From the NCBI GenBank assembly GCA_965112155.1, contig OZ218099.1: a stretch of DNA of 64,000 nucleotides; one strand, given 5' to 3'. Numbering within the stretch: position 1 is the first letter of the stretch; the number at the start of each line of letters is the position of its first letter. Source of the stretch: Podarcis liolepis. Lineage: Eukaryota. The notes below the pieces were generated by a model, which worked only from the letters and a program-made list of their open reading frames with translations, was not told where the DNA came from and made no database searches. Shown here piece by piece: positions 62,801 through 64,000 of this stretch. A program made the translations under genes and the position numbers.

Positions 62801-64000
62801 GTTTTAAAGTAGTTTCCTAGTTTTAAAGAGCAAGTGACTAGCTGAAGACCTGCCTTGTTTAATTGTCCACCTAGGAAACCAAATATATACACATGTATCT
62901 GCTCCTTTGATGTTACTAATGAATGAGCTCTTTTAACTTACTCTGACGGCTGATAATTGTGCTCTAGCTCCTGGGCAAAAGTTACCAGTAATGTGGGTAT
63001 GTGGAGTGGCCGCTGGCATCAAATATTCATAGAGTCACAGATGGGAATCTACAAAGAGTTAGCGCTGAAACAGGAGCATATTCCCAGCCATTCTGCGGTG
63101 AGCGTGTCAAAACATCAAGAGTAACGGGTGATTTGTTGCTACAGCTACATAAGACTGGCATGGTTTTGCTTTTCTCAAAGATTAGAAGGAAGTGCCCTCA
63201 CCAGCTGCTGTATTTCCAGTTGAAGTAGGTCAAGATATGCCATTGGCTTCCAGAGGCAGAAGTGTCGCCTGAACCATGTTGTTCTTCCGACTGCATTTAG
63301 TCCTGGATGATGGGACATTGGGAGCCCAAAGTGTGAGAGGCAGCAGCGGCAGTCCAGGTGAAGAAGACCTGCCCTGCAAGAGGACTAATATCTGCTTTGG
63401 CAGCCGTTTCTGGGCCAGAGTAAGATCTGCTTTGGCCCAGAGGTTCAGAAACAAAAGAAACCACTGGGATGTCTGAGATCTCGTTGGAAAAATGTGTATA
63501 CACAGTCTAGCTCCTCCCTAGGTGTCTATTTTGTTGTCTTTTTAAATGTATTATAAGTGACCCTGAAAGCCTTAAATAAATAAAAAGGTTGGCATGTGGG
63601 AGGAAGGGTTGTCAAAAAGATTGTACCTCTCAAATCAGAGGTGTCGTAACACAAATTGATTAATTCATTCATTGACTAAAAGTCATGGAAGCAATTGACT
63701 TGCCCTGCAAACCTATGCATGCCGTAAGCCCCATGGTAATGGAACACTCCTGCAGGCCCCATGGCCTCCTCCAGCAACTGGAACAGCTACTCAGCATTCC
63801 CGGGAAGGAGTCCTGATGTTCTGGGACTCATAGCTGCTCTCTTGTGAGCACCCGGTCTAGCAGGGTAAAAGCAGCACAGACTGAGGTGAGGAGGTAGCTG
63901 GGCATACCTACTTTATTTCTACTAATTACAGATTAAAGAACATAACAAACACATATGAGAGGAGCAGCCCCCATACAGACACCGTCTTGTTGCAAGACAG

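Noticed and set aside
63276-63476. 66-aa ORF with accATG context
   Set aside because: No recognisable homology or exon chain; cannot be supported as coding

Overview
Vertebrate genomic DNA, not microbial. Three Sauria-type SINEs point to a squamate reptile, probably a lizard. The window holds two convergent genes. GPR151 is a single-coding-exon orphan class A GPCR on the + strand (19959-21194, 411 aa). TCERG1 (CA150; 3 WW + 6 FF domains) is complete on the - strand: I traced 21 GT-AG coding exons from the ATG at 59437 to the TAA at 25608, all phases join, giving 1038 aa (1047 aa with an alternative acceptor in exon 11). A CpG-island promoter lies at about 58.7-59.8 kb. The first 18 kb and last 4 kb contain no convincing coding sequence, only transposon relics (Sauria SINEs, CR1/L2 LINE fragments, hAT and Tigger/pogo-type MITEs, Penelope-like ends), microsatellites and homeobox-motif-rich stretches. 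There is a 158-N gap at 35518-35675. I found no demonstrably new biological system. The best leads are: a CpG-rich insertion upstream of GPR151 with a perfect splice donor that could supply an alternative promoter/first exon; candidate alternative or poison exons in TCERG1; a poly-Gly N-terminus paired with a short QA repeat in TCERG1; an intronic Penelope-derived hairpin built on a dead hammerhead stem; and nested transposon insertions with intact target-site duplications (TSDs). All comparisons with human sequences are from memory and need an alignment.
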